Origin: Candidatus Sericytochromatia bacterium
Lineage (GTDB): Bacteria; Cyanobacteriota; Sericytochromatia; S15B-MN24; VGJW01
Length of the DNA stretch: 64,000 nt
Direction of reading: 5' to 3'
NCBI GenBank assembly: GCA_035285865.1
Contig: JAYKHS010000003.1
Location: 158,016 to 222,015 of the forward strand
Below, one piece after another: positions 1 through 8,131 of the stretch; within the stretch, counting starts at the first letter, position 1, and each line of letters opens with the position of its first letter. A model generated the notes under the pieces. The model did not search any database. It saw only the letters and a program-made list of their open reading frames with translations, and had not been told where the DNA came from. The position numbers and the translations under genes were made by a program.

Positions 1-1071
1 GCCGGAGACCTGAAGCGGGTCGGGACCCTCGGCTTCAAGACCCTGTTCTACTTCGAGGTCGTCACCACGATCGCCCTCGCCATGGGCATCGGCGCCGCCC
101 ACCTCCTCCAACCGGGGGCAGGACTCGACCCTGCCACCCTCGCCCACGCGGACGTGAGTCGACACGTCACCCGCGGTCAGGAATCCCACAACCTGCTGCT
201 GGCTGCGATCCCGGCCAATGCAGTCGATGCCGCAGCGCGTGGAGACCTGTTGCAAGTGCTGGTGTTCTCGGTGCTGATGGGTCTGGCGACAGCTGCCGCA
301 GGGCAGGCAGGAAGGCCTTGGCTCGAGGCCATGCGCTCGCTCGGCCAAGTGATGTTTCGCTTCACGCATCTGGTCATGGCGCTCGCGCCCTTCGGCGTGG
401 CTGCGCTCGTGGCCCACACGGTGGCCACGTTCGGCCTGGGTGTCCTGCTGCCGCTTGGCAAGCTCGTAATCGGCCTCTACGTGACGATGGCCATTTTCGT
501 CACGGTGGTACTGGGCACGATTGCCAGGTTGGCGGGCCTGTCCCTGTGGCCCCTGATCCGGTCCCTTAGGGAAGAGCTGATCCTCGCCTTCTCGACCGCC
601 AGTTCCGAAACCGTGCTCGCACGCCTCATGGACCGCCTCGTCGCGGCGGGTGTGCCACCGGGCATCGTGTCCTTCGTCCTGCCGACGGGCTATACCTTCA
701 ACCTCGACGGGTCTTCCCTATACCAGGGCCTTGCCGTGCTGTTCATCGCCCAGGTCTTCCATATTGACCTGAGCCTGGGTCAACAGGTCGCCATCCTGCT
801 GACGCTCATGGTGACCTCGAAGGGCATTGCCGGGGTGCCGGGGACTTCCTTCGTGGTGCTGGCTGCCACGCTCTCCTCGACGGGCCTGCCACTGGAGGGC
901 CTGGCCCTCATCGCAGGTGTGGACCGCTTGATGGACATGGGTCGGACGGTGGTCAACGTCATCGGAAATGCCTTGGCCACGATGGTGATTGCCCGCTGGG
1001 AAGGCGTACCGGCCTCAACCCTCGGCTGGGACCGGACCGACGCGGTCGAACCCGTCCTGTCCGCCACCTGA
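1..1071 (+). CDS. gltP: Dicarboxylate/amino acid:cation symporter (GltP/DctA family), 5' end outside window
   Basis: Frame open from base 1 (AGDLKRVGTLGFKTLFYFEVVTT); motifs AFSTASSETVL, LPTGYTFNLDGS, SKGIAGVPG, GVDRLMDMGRTVVNVIGN. Confidence 0.92.
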   Translation, partial: AGDLKRVGTLGFKTLFYFEVVTTIALAMGIGAAHLLQPGAGLDPATLAHADVSRHVTRGQESHNLLLAAIPANAVDAAARGDLLQVLVFSVLMGLATAAAGQAGRPWLEAMRSLGQVMFRFTHLVMALAPFGVAALVAHTVATFGLGVLLPLGKLVIGLYVTMAIFVTVVLGTIARLAGLSLWPLIRSLREELILAFSTASSETVLARLMDRLVAAGVPPGIVSFVLPTGYTFNLDGSSLYQGLAVLFIAQVFHIDLSLGQQVAILLTLMVTSKGIAGVPGTSFVVLAATLSSTGLPLEGLALIAGVDRLMDMGRTVVNVIGNALATMVIARWEGVPASTLGWDRTDAVEPVLSAT

Positions 1072-1171
1072 ATCGCTTCGTCACAGCGTCCGGGCTAGGG
1101 TTGTGACCCCGGCCCGCCAGCCGGAAACTGCGCGCGGAACCCCTGCACGTCCAACGACGGAAGGAGTCGCG

Positions 1172-2134
1172 ATGACACGAAGTTTCGGATTGGCAACAGC
1201 CCTCATCGGGCCGATGGTGCTGGCCGCCTGCGGCTCGTCCCCTTCGGCTTGGCCGACCGGACCGGACCAGGCCATGAGGCTGCCCGGCGGCATGCGCGCA
1301 CCGGACGGCCTGCTCGGCATCCAGCGCTGGCGGGACCTGGACGAACTCAAGCCCAGGATGAAGCGACAAGCAACGGACGCGCTGCCTCCGGTCGAGGCCC
1401 TCAAGAAGGATCTGCCCGAGCGCATCGCACGCGAAGATGGCGAAAAGCGGCTGGTGCGCATCCCGCGGGATCGAACCGGCAGACGCAGGGGCGGCAACGT
1501 CGGAGGCCTTGGCGACGATCCCCCGGATGTCGTCGGCTTCGGTGCGCTCGGAGGCTGCGGTCCCGTATGGAACAGCGGTTTCTGGGGAGGGGACGCGTGG
1601 AGCTTCGCGCCCTACGGCTGGGGCGGAAATCTGTACATGATCCCTTATGCCCTCGTAGGGGGCTGGTACGTGCCAGCCTACGTCCCCTTCTACTACGAAG
1701 CAGCCACTCTGGCGCCGTATCAGGACCTGCCGCTCGCCTACGGCGTGACGCCACTGGTGCCGCAGTACGTGACGACCCTCGCCCCATTCGTCGGAGGTGT
1801 GACCCCGCCCGTTGGCGTTGCGGCCCCGATGGACGCAGGCCTCGTCGGAGGGGCGCTGCCTGCGGCAGCCTATCCCGGCCCGGGAGGCCCCTTGGGGTAT
1901 GCAGGTGGCCCGACTACAGGCTATCCCGGGGGCTTTGCCGGCAGCCCCGGCCAGATGCCCGTCGGCTATGGCCCGGGCACTCCGGCCGGGAGCCCGGGCT
2001 ATTGGCCAGGACGCACCATGATGCCCGGCCAGGCGGGATGGCCAGCGGGTCCGGGGACGGGGGCGAGAGCCGCCTCGGGCAGTCCGGCCGTGCCTTCGGC
2101 GTCCCTGGGGGGGAACCTGCCCTTCTGGCGCTGA
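1172..2134 (+). CDS. Hypothetical lipoprotein with aromatic-rich core and G/P/Y low-complexity tail
   Basis: AAGGAG RBS before ATG 1172; signal peptide ending in lipobox VLAAC; shares motifs with the next ORF. Confidence 0.75.
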   Translation: MTRSFGLATALIGPMVLAACGSSPSAWPTGPDQAMRLPGGMRAPDGLLGIQRWRDLDELKPRMKRQATDALPPVEALKKDLPERIAREDGEKRLVRIPRDRTGRRRGGNVGGLGDDPPDVVGFGALGGCGPVWNSGFWGGDAWSFAPYGWGGNLYMIPYALVGGWYVPAYVPFYYEAATLAPYQDLPLAYGVTPLVPQYVTTLAPFVGGVTPPVGVAAPMDAGLVGGALPAAAYPGPGGPLGYAGGPTTGYPGGFAGSPGQMPVGYGPGTPAGSPGYWPGRTMMPGQAGWPAGPGTGARAASGSPAVPSASLGGNLPFWR

Positions 2135-2227
2135 GGACCGGCAATCCGGCGTTGTATGGCCAGGGCGGGGGTGGGCATGCTTCGGGCCGCGGTCCGGGAA
2201 AGGTCCCGACCGACAAGGAGGTGCCCC

Positions 2228-2944
2228 ATGAAGCGTTTCCGATGGCCATCCCCGCTCCTGGCCGCAACCTTGGCGGGATGCAGCGTGGCGCATCCCGCCC
2301 AGGCTCCCGTGAGTCCGCCCCGGCCGGTCGGCCAGGGCCAGGCATCCGCCACGGATGCCACGATGCCCGTAGACGACCGTATGGTGACGCGTCCCAGCCA
2401 GGCTATGACAGCCGTCCCAGGGACATCGGCCGAGCCGGGAAGTGAGGCTGCAGTCACGCCCCCCAGCCCGGAGGAGCTCGAGAAGAGCCTGCCCAAGGGA
2501 CTGACGCTTGCACAGCTGCAGGCCCTGCTCAAGAAAGTCCCGGCCGAGCAAATCGACAGCAGTCAGGAGGGCGGCGAGGAAGCTGCTCCTCCGGCTGCCG
2601 ACCGCCAGATCCAGCGTGGCGGGCACGGCGGCGGACGCGGTTTCGGGGGCGGCGGACGCGGCTTCGGCCGAGGCTGGGGCGGCGGCCGGGGCTGGGGTGG
2701 CGGACGCGGCTGGGGTCGCGGCTGGGGCCGGGGTTGGGGCCGAGGCTGGTGGGGCGGCGGCTACTGGGGAGGCTGGAGCCCCTCCTGGTACGGTGACTTC
2801 TACGGCTCCTACTTCTATCCCGTCGTCGCGGGCGGCGTGACCTACTACTACCCCTATGCAGAGGTGGACGGACTCTATCAGCCCGTGACGACTTCACCCT
2901 TCGTCTATCGATACGGCCGGTACATGCCCGCCTACGTCATCTGA
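2228..2944 (+). CDS. Hypothetical lipoprotein with GRGW/GRGF repeats and Tyr-rich C-terminus
   Basis: AAGGAGGT RBS before ATG 2228; MKRFRW...LAGC lipobox. Confidence 0.78.
   Translation: MKRFRWPSPLLAATLAGCSVAHPAQAPVSPPRPVGQGQASATDATMPVDDRMVTRPSQAMTAVPGTSAEPGSEAAVTPPSPEELEKSLPKGLTLAQLQALLKKVPAEQIDSSQEGGEEAAPPAADRQIQRGGHGGGRGFGGGGRGFGRGWGGGRGWGGGRGWGRGWGRGWGRGWWGGGYWGGWSPSWYGDFYGSYFYPVVAGGVTYYYPYAEVDGLYQPVTTSPFVYRYGRYMPAYVI
2617..2775 (+). repeat. Coding tandem repeat (about 12-18 bp units) encoding GRG(F/W)
   Basis: Repeated ggctggggYcgN units giving GGRGFGGGGRGFGRGWGGGRGWGGGRGWGRGWGRGWGRGWW. Confidence 0.85.
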
Positions 2945-3008
2945 CGAAAACCCGCGAGGGGTCCGCTGGTCCGCCTGCCGCCGCGCAATCGGGCCAACGG
3001 GCCCCTCC

Positions 3009-3019
3009 GTGTTAGCATG
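3009..3019 (+). promoter_or_regulatory. Putative extended -10 promoter of etfBA
   Basis: TGtTAGCAT about 40 nt upstream of the GTG start, followed by AAGGAG RBS. Confidence 0.45.
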
Positions 3020-3057
3020 GCATCCTGTTTCGGCACCCACAAGCGAAGGAGCTCTGC

Positions 3058-3834
3058 GTGCGCGTCGTCGTCTGCGTCAAGGTCGTACCGGACACCACGG
3101 AACCCAAGCGTCTCGGGGATCAGAACCTGCTGGTCCGCACCGGCGTCCAGGGAGCCATCAATCCGATGGATGACTATGCCCTCGAAGTGGCCCTGAAGTG
3201 GAAAGATGCCCAGCCCGAGCTGGAAGTCGTCGTCCTGACGATGGGTCCGGAAGATACCCGCGCCATCATCAAGAAATCGCTCGCCAAGGGAGCCGATCGT
3301 GCGGTCCTCGTCTCGGATGCGGCGCTGGCCGGCACGGATGCCATCGGCACGGCGCAGGTCCTCGCGGCGGCCATCCGGAAGATCGGGGAGGTCGACGCGG
3401 TACTCTGCGGCGTCCGTTCCTCGGACGGCGAATCGGCCGTCGTCGGTCCGGCCATTGCCGAACTGCTCGACATGCCGCAGCTCACGACCTGCAAGGAAGC
3501 GGAACTGGATGGCACTGCGCGCCACGTCACGGCCACCCGCGAAGCAGATGGCGCCCTCGAGGTGGCTCGTGCCAGCCTGCCGGCGCTGCTGACCGTCACC
3601 AAGGCAAGCTTCGAACCGCGTCTGGCGAACTTCAAGGGCATCCAGGCCGCCAACAAGAAGGAAATCGTGGGCTGGACCGCGGGTGATCTGGGCATCGCGC
3701 CCCCGACCCGGAAGATTCTCGTCACGGCTGCCGGCGAACCGCCGCAGCGTCCCGCCAGCCAGGTCCTTACAGGCTCGGCATCCGAAGTGGCCCAGAAGCT
3801 TGCCCAGTACCTGACCGAGCAGAAGCTCGTCTGA
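3058..3834 (+). CDS. etfB: Electron transfer flavoprotein beta subunit
   Basis: VCVKVVPD, INPMDDYALEVAL, LAKGADRAVLVSD, EPRLANFKGI. Confidence 0.95.
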   Translation: MRVVVCVKVVPDTTEPKRLGDQNLLVRTGVQGAINPMDDYALEVALKWKDAQPELEVVVLTMGPEDTRAIIKKSLAKGADRAVLVSDAALAGTDAIGTAQVLAAAIRKIGEVDAVLCGVRSSDGESAVVGPAIAELLDMPQLTTCKEAELDGTARHVTATREADGALEVARASLPALLTVTKASFEPRLANFKGIQAANKKEIVGWTAGDLGIAPPTRKILVTAAGEPPQRPASQVLTGSASEVAQKLAQYLTEQKLV

Positions 3835-3852
3835 TCTCAGGAGACCCACACC

Positions 3853-4848
3853 ATGTCAATCATCTGGACACTGGCGGAAATCGAAAGTGGCGAGATCAAG
3901 GGCATCAGCCACGAACTGATCACGTCGGCTCGTGCGCTCGCGGACGCCTCCGGCGGACGCAAGGTCGGCGTGTTGGCTTTGGGGCATGAGATTGGTGGCC
4001 TCGTCGACCAGTTGGCCGCCATGGGCGCGGACATCGTGGCACTCGCCGATGCTCCGGGCCTAGCCCAGGCACCTGCCGACGTTGCAGCGCGCGTGCTTGC
4101 CCCCTTCCTGCAGGGACAGCAGGCCAGCACGGTACTTCTGGGGCACACGGCGACCGGTCGGGATCTGGCCGGCAGGCTGGCTGTCCGACTGGGACTCGGT
4201 GTCATCGCGGATGCAACGGAAGTGCAGGTCGACGGGGGCAAGATCGTCGCCACGAGGAGCATCTTCGGCGGCGGCATGTGGTCCCGAGCCACGTCGGCAG
4301 GCGACGGAGCAGTCATCACCATCCGCCCACGCGCCGTTACGGCTGGTGTCCTCCAGTCCGGCCGCACGGCAGAGACCCTGACGATGACCGTGCCCGATGG
4401 CGCCACGAACCGCCGTGTCGAGACACTGGAGCTCAAGCAGGAGACAGGCACGTCCATCTCGCTCGGTGATGCGGAGGTGGTGGTGTCGGGTGGACGCGGC
4501 ATGGGCGGTGCCGACAAGTTCGGGCCGGTGGAGACGCTTGCGCGGACGTTGGGTGCGGCTGTCGGAGCTTCACGCGCCGTCGTCGACTCCGGATGGCGCC
4601 CGCACAAGGAACAGATCGGCCAGACGGGGCGTACCGTCAGTCCCAAGCTCTATGTGGCCCTGGGCATCTCTGGCGCCATCCAGCACTTGGTCGGCATGAG
4701 GACGTCGGGAACCATCGTTGCCGTCAATACGGATGCCGAGGCCCCCATCATGAAGGTCGCCAATGTCGCGGCCGTCGGGGACGTTCATGAGATTGTCCCT
4801 GCCCTCGTGGCCGAGTTGTCTCGCCAGGGAGTCGGTGCCGGGGCCTGA
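3853..4848 (+). CDS. etfA: Electron transfer flavoprotein alpha subunit
   Basis: [47 protein letters not shown]. Confidence 0.95.
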   Translation: MSIIWTLAEIESGEIKGISHELITSARALADASGGRKVGVLALGHEIGGLVDQLAAMGADIVALADAPGLAQAPADVAARVLAPFLQGQQASTVLLGHTATGRDLAGRLAVRLGLGVIADATEVQVDGGKIVATRSIFGGGMWSRATSAGDGAVITIRPRAVTAGVLQSGRTAETLTMTVPDGATNRRVETLELKQETGTSISLGDAEVVVSGGRGMGGADKFGPVETLARTLGAAVGASRAVVDSGWRPHKEQIGQTGRTVSPKLYVALGISGAIQHLVGMRTSGTIVAVNTDAEAPIMKVANVAAVGDVHEIVPALVAELSRQGVGAGA

Positions 4849-4865
4849 AGCCCTGCACCGGTCCA

Positions 4866-4899
4866 AGGGGGGTGGAGCCAAGCAAGGCTCCGCCCCCCT
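4866..4899. terminator. GC-rich hairpin downstream of etfA
   Basis: AGGGGGGTGGAGCC-aagcaa-GGCTCCGCCCCCCT; no strong U-tract. Confidence 0.5.
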
Positions 4900-4945
4900 C
4901 TGGTCTGTGGACGTATCACGCACCACGCACGAGATCCCCAAAGCA

Positions 4946-4980
4946 AAGCTCCCGGCCAATCCGTGATTGTCCGGGAGCTT
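4946..4980 (-). terminator. Intrinsic terminator of tRNA-Leu / nuo transcript
   Basis: AAGCTCCCGG...CCGGGAGCTT stem right after the tRNA, running into TTTGCTTT on the minus strand. Confidence 0.65.
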
Positions 4981-4985
4981 CGAGG

Positions 4986-5067
4986 TGCGGAAGGGGGGAT
5001 TTGAACCCCCACACCTTTTGGGTACACGCTCCTGAGGCGTGCGCGTCTGCCGTTCCGCCACTTCCGC
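4986..5067 (-). tRNA. tRNA-Leu (anticodon CAG), CCA not encoded
   Basis: Minus strand GCGGAAGTGGCGGAACGGCAGACGCGCACGCCTCAGGAGCGTG...GGGGGTTCAAATCCCCCCTTCCGCA; acceptor stem, CAG loop, long variable arm, TTCAAAT T-loop; followed by CCT. Confidence 0.97.
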
Positions 5068-5079
5068 AAGGGGATTTGC

Positions 5080-5108
5080 AGTTTAGCCGATCAACAAGAA
5101 CAGGTCAA
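5080..5108 (-). promoter_or_regulatory. Sigma-70-type promoter of tRNA-Leu
   Basis: TTGACC (5108-5103), 17-nt spacer, TAAACT (5085-5080), 12 nt before the tRNA. Confidence 0.7.
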
Positions 5109-6625
5109 GGAAGCAGCACGGCACCCGACTGCTGGGCCCACTGGGCCACCCAGTGGGCGCCAGGAACCATCCAGCCGGCCACCGCGAGAATGCCCGCACC
5201 GATGACCACCACGAGGCCACTGGATACGGCAATGGCCACATGCTCGGCGTTCGCAGGGCGAAGCGACAGCACGGTGCCGGACGATGTACCGGCAAGAACC
5301 CGGAACAGCAGAGGCAAGTAGTAGGACAGCGACAGCATGCTGCTGGCGATGGCAAGTATGGCCAGCCAACCCAACCCGGCACCGAAGGCCGCCGAGAACA
5401 CCATGTACTTCCCGAGGAAGCCGGCCGTCAGTGGAAAGCCCACCAAGGACAGCACACTGACCAGAAAGGCAGCTGACACCCAGGGGTGGCGGTGCATGGC
5501 CCCGTCCAGGCTACCGTTCCGATCCAGAACATCGAGGCAGGCGAAGCCAGCAAGGTTCGTCACGAGATAGGCCACCAGATAGACGACGAGGGCCTTCACG
5601 GCCTCGCCGGCCGGGTTACCCGCAGCTGCCGCGAGGCCGACCAGCATGTAGCCCGTGTGCACGACACTCGAGAAAGCCAGCATGCGCTTGGGATTGCGCT
5701 GATTCATGGCCATGAGGTTGCCAACCACCATCGAAACGGCCGCAAGTGCCGAAACCATCGGCTGCCAGTCCACGGCGACGCCAGCGAGGCCTGACAACAG
5801 CACACGCATGGCGAAAACGAACGCCGTGACCTTCACGACCGTGGCCATGAAACCCGTGAGCGGGGTGACAGAGCCCTCGTATACATCGGCTGACCACATG
5901 TGGAAAGGCGCAGCTGCGACCTTGAAGGCCAGACCTGCCACGACGGCCGCAAGACCCAGCATGAGGACAGCGTGTCGCGCAGGGGGTAGATGAGCCGATG
6001 CAGCCTGCAGACTTGCCAGCGAAAGACTGCCCGTCGCCCCGAAGAGGAACGCCATGCCCAGAAGCAGGATGGCCGACGCAAAGGCACCGAGCAGCATGTA
6101 CTTGAGCACTGCCTCGTTTGCATTCGGCCGGGACCTGTCGAGGCCGACCAATCCGTAAATCGACAGAGCCACGACCTCGAGGCCCAGAAAGCCGGTGAAC
6201 ATGTCACCGGCGCAACCTACTATGGCGGTGCCGGCGACGGCAAAGACGAGCAGGGCCTGCAACTCGCCGTGCGCGAACGACCCGCGTTCAGCCGCAGCCA
6301 CGAGTCCGGGAAGGACCAGCAACGCTCCTGCGGAAGCAAGTGCCATCAACAGCAGGGAAAGCGAATCGACCACCAAAGCGCCACCCAGATAACTGGCCCG
6401 AAACGCCCCCGTGGTCCCCACGGGCTCCATGCCGATCACCGGACGCACCCAGAGGGTCACGGAGAGCACGAGCGCACTGATGTTGACCATGGCCGCATGC
6501 CACGCCATCGTCCTGTCGGGGTCACCCTGGCGAACCGTCGGAACCAACAGGAGGGCCAAGAGTGCCCCCAGCACCAAGAGTGCCAGCGGGGCGAGGGGAA
6601 GATAAGTCGCGAGTTGCAGGTTCAT
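5105..6625 (-). CDS. nuoN: NADH-quinone oxidoreductase subunit N
   Basis: EAVLKYMLLGA, FKVAAAPFHMWSADVYEG, KRMLAFSSVVHTGY; last gene of operon. Confidence 0.93.
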   Translation of the reverse strand: MNLQLATYLPLAPLALLVLGALLALLLVPTVRQGDPDRTMAWHAAMVNISALVLSVTLWVRPVIGMEPVGTTGAFRASYLGGALVVDSLSLLLMALASAGALLVLPGLVAAAERGSFAHGELQALLVFAVAGTAIVGCAGDMFTGFLGLEVVALSIYGLVGLDRSRPNANEAVLKYMLLGAFASAILLLGMAFLFGATGSLSLASLQAASAHLPPARHAVLMLGLAAVVAGLAFKVAAAPFHMWSADVYEGSVTPLTGFMATVVKVTAFVFAMRVLLSGLAGVAVDWQPMVSALAAVSMVVGNLMAMNQRNPKRMLAFSSVVHTGYMLVGLAAAAGNPAGEAVKALVVYLVAYLVTNLAGFACLDVLDRNGSLDGAMHRHPWVSAAFLVSVLSLVGFPLTAGFLGKYMVFSAAFGAGLGWLAILAIASSMLSLSYYLPLLFRVLAGTSSGTVLSLRPANAEHVAIAVSSGLVVVIGAGILAVAGWMVPGAHWVAQWAQQSGAVLLP

Positions 6626-8130
6626 CAATGGGTTCCCGTCGGCAGGGCAGCCTGGGACGCGGCCGGATGGAAGCGGAGGACGTAGGCATCGGACCAGGGC
6701 TTCATGCGATCGAGCAGCAGGCCGGGCCGGATGCCGAAGAGCAGCATCATCGCCAGCAGCGGCAAGGCCACGGCCAGTTCCCGAACGCCGATATCACGCC
6801 CACTCGGGGCGGGCTCGACCACGGGACCATAGAGCATGCGCTGCAGCAACCAGAGCAGGTAGGCCGCCCCCAGGACCACGCCCAGGCCGCCGAAGAGCGC
6901 CGCCCAGGGCGAAAGGCCCCAGGCGCCGAGCAGGATGAGGAATTCGCCCACGAAACCGTTGAGGCCCGGCAGGCCGGCAGACGCCATGGCAGAGAAGACC
7001 AACGCTGCAGCGAGCCAAGGATGCGTGGCCGCCATGCCACCGAATCGCGAGAGCTGCGTGGAACCCTGGCGCTCGCTTGCCCACGCGGCCAAGATGAACA
7101 GGGCCGCCGTCACCAAAGCGTGACCGACCTGCTGAAGCAAGGCGCCTTCGATGCCTTCGGCAGTCAAGCTGAAGATACCCAGCGCAATCCATCCGAGATG
7201 ACTGAAGCTGGAGTAGGCGAGCACCGTCCGAACATCGCGAGCCCCCAGTGCCAGCACCGCACCGTGCAGGATACCCACGACGGCAAGCGCCGCCAGCCAC
7301 GGGGACCAGGCAACGGCCTGCTCCGGAAAGAGCGGCATCGCGATTCTCAGGACGCCATAGGTCCCGAGCTTGGCCATGAGTCCGGAAAGCAGGATCACGG
7401 CAGGCAGCGGCGCCGATGTGTAGGCGGCAGGCAGCCAGAAGTGCAGCGGGAACAGCGGGATCTTGACGGCAAAGGCCAGGATGAGACCAGCAAATGCCCA
7501 GCAACGCGCATCGGGGCCCCAGGTGGTGACGACACCTGCCAATGCATCGAGATCGAAGTTCCACGCTCCCGTACGGGCATGGGCCTCGGCCCCCATTGCG
7601 AAGATGACCGCAAGCATCGCCAGCGACCCCACCAGGGTGACCACCACGAAGGGCACCGTGGCCTTGCGGCGGTCGGAGTCTCCCCACAGCAGCAACAGGA
7701 CCAGCGCCGGCAGCAGCATCAGCTCCCAGAAGACATAGAAGACCAGAAGATCCTGGACCAGCAGAACACCGGCCATGGTCCCGACGAACAACAGCAACCA
7801 GGCGTGGAATGACGCCGGGCGCCCGGCTCCGGCCACGACGACCGCAAGTAGGCCCAGAGCCGCACCCGCAACCAGCAGAAACAGCGACAGACCATCGACT
7901 CCGAGCCGCAGATTGGTCCCGAACAGCCCGAGCATCGGCCATGTCGCCACGCTCTGGAGCTCGGCCTGATCCCGGAACGAGCGGACCATCGCAGCGCCCA
8001 GGCCGAGCTCGCCAAGCATCGCGGCACCAGCCGCGAGACGGGCCGCGCGTGCGGGCAACAAGGCCGCCACGGCAGCCGCAACAAAAGGCAGGATGAGCAT
8101 CCAGACGGGCAGTGTCAGCGTCTCGCCCAC
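6625..8130 (-). CDS. nuoM: NADH-quinone oxidoreductase subunit M
   Basis: LGVDGLSL, FYVFWELMLLP, VKIPLFPLHFWLP, GLPGLNGFVGEF; GTG start taken just after the nuoL stop. Confidence 0.93.
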   Translation of the reverse strand: MGETLTLPVWMLILPFVAAAVAALLPARAARLAAGAAMLGELGLGAAMVRSFRDQAELQSVATWPMLGLFGTNLRLGVDGLSLFLLVAGAALGLLAVVVAGAGRPASFHAWLLLFVGTMAGVLLVQDLLVFYVFWELMLLPALVLLLLWGDSDRRKATVPFVVVTLVGSLAMLAVIFAMGAEAHARTGAWNFDLDALAGVVTTWGPDARCWAFAGLILAFAVKIPLFPLHFWLPAAYTSAPLPAVILLSGLMAKLGTYGVLRIAMPLFPEQAVAWSPWLAALAVVGILHGAVLALGARDVRTVLAYSSFSHLGWIALGIFSLTAEGIEGALLQQVGHALVTAALFILAAWASERQGSTQLSRFGGMAATHPWLAAALVFSAMASAGLPGLNGFVGEFLILLGAWGLSPWAALFGGLGVVLGAAYLLWLLQRMLYGPVVEPAPSGRDIGVRELAVALPLLAMMLLFGIRPGLLLDRMKPWSDAYVLRFHPAASQAALPTGTH

Positions 8131-8131
8131 G

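Noticed and set aside
1172..2944. RiPP precursors (helical leader plus Gly-rich core)
   Set aside because: Both carry lipoboxes and no modifying enzyme or transporter is adjacent.
4849..4985. Integrated element at the tRNA-Leu 3' end
   Set aside because: No integrase, no duplicated tRNA 3' end noticed, and flanking genes are housekeeping.
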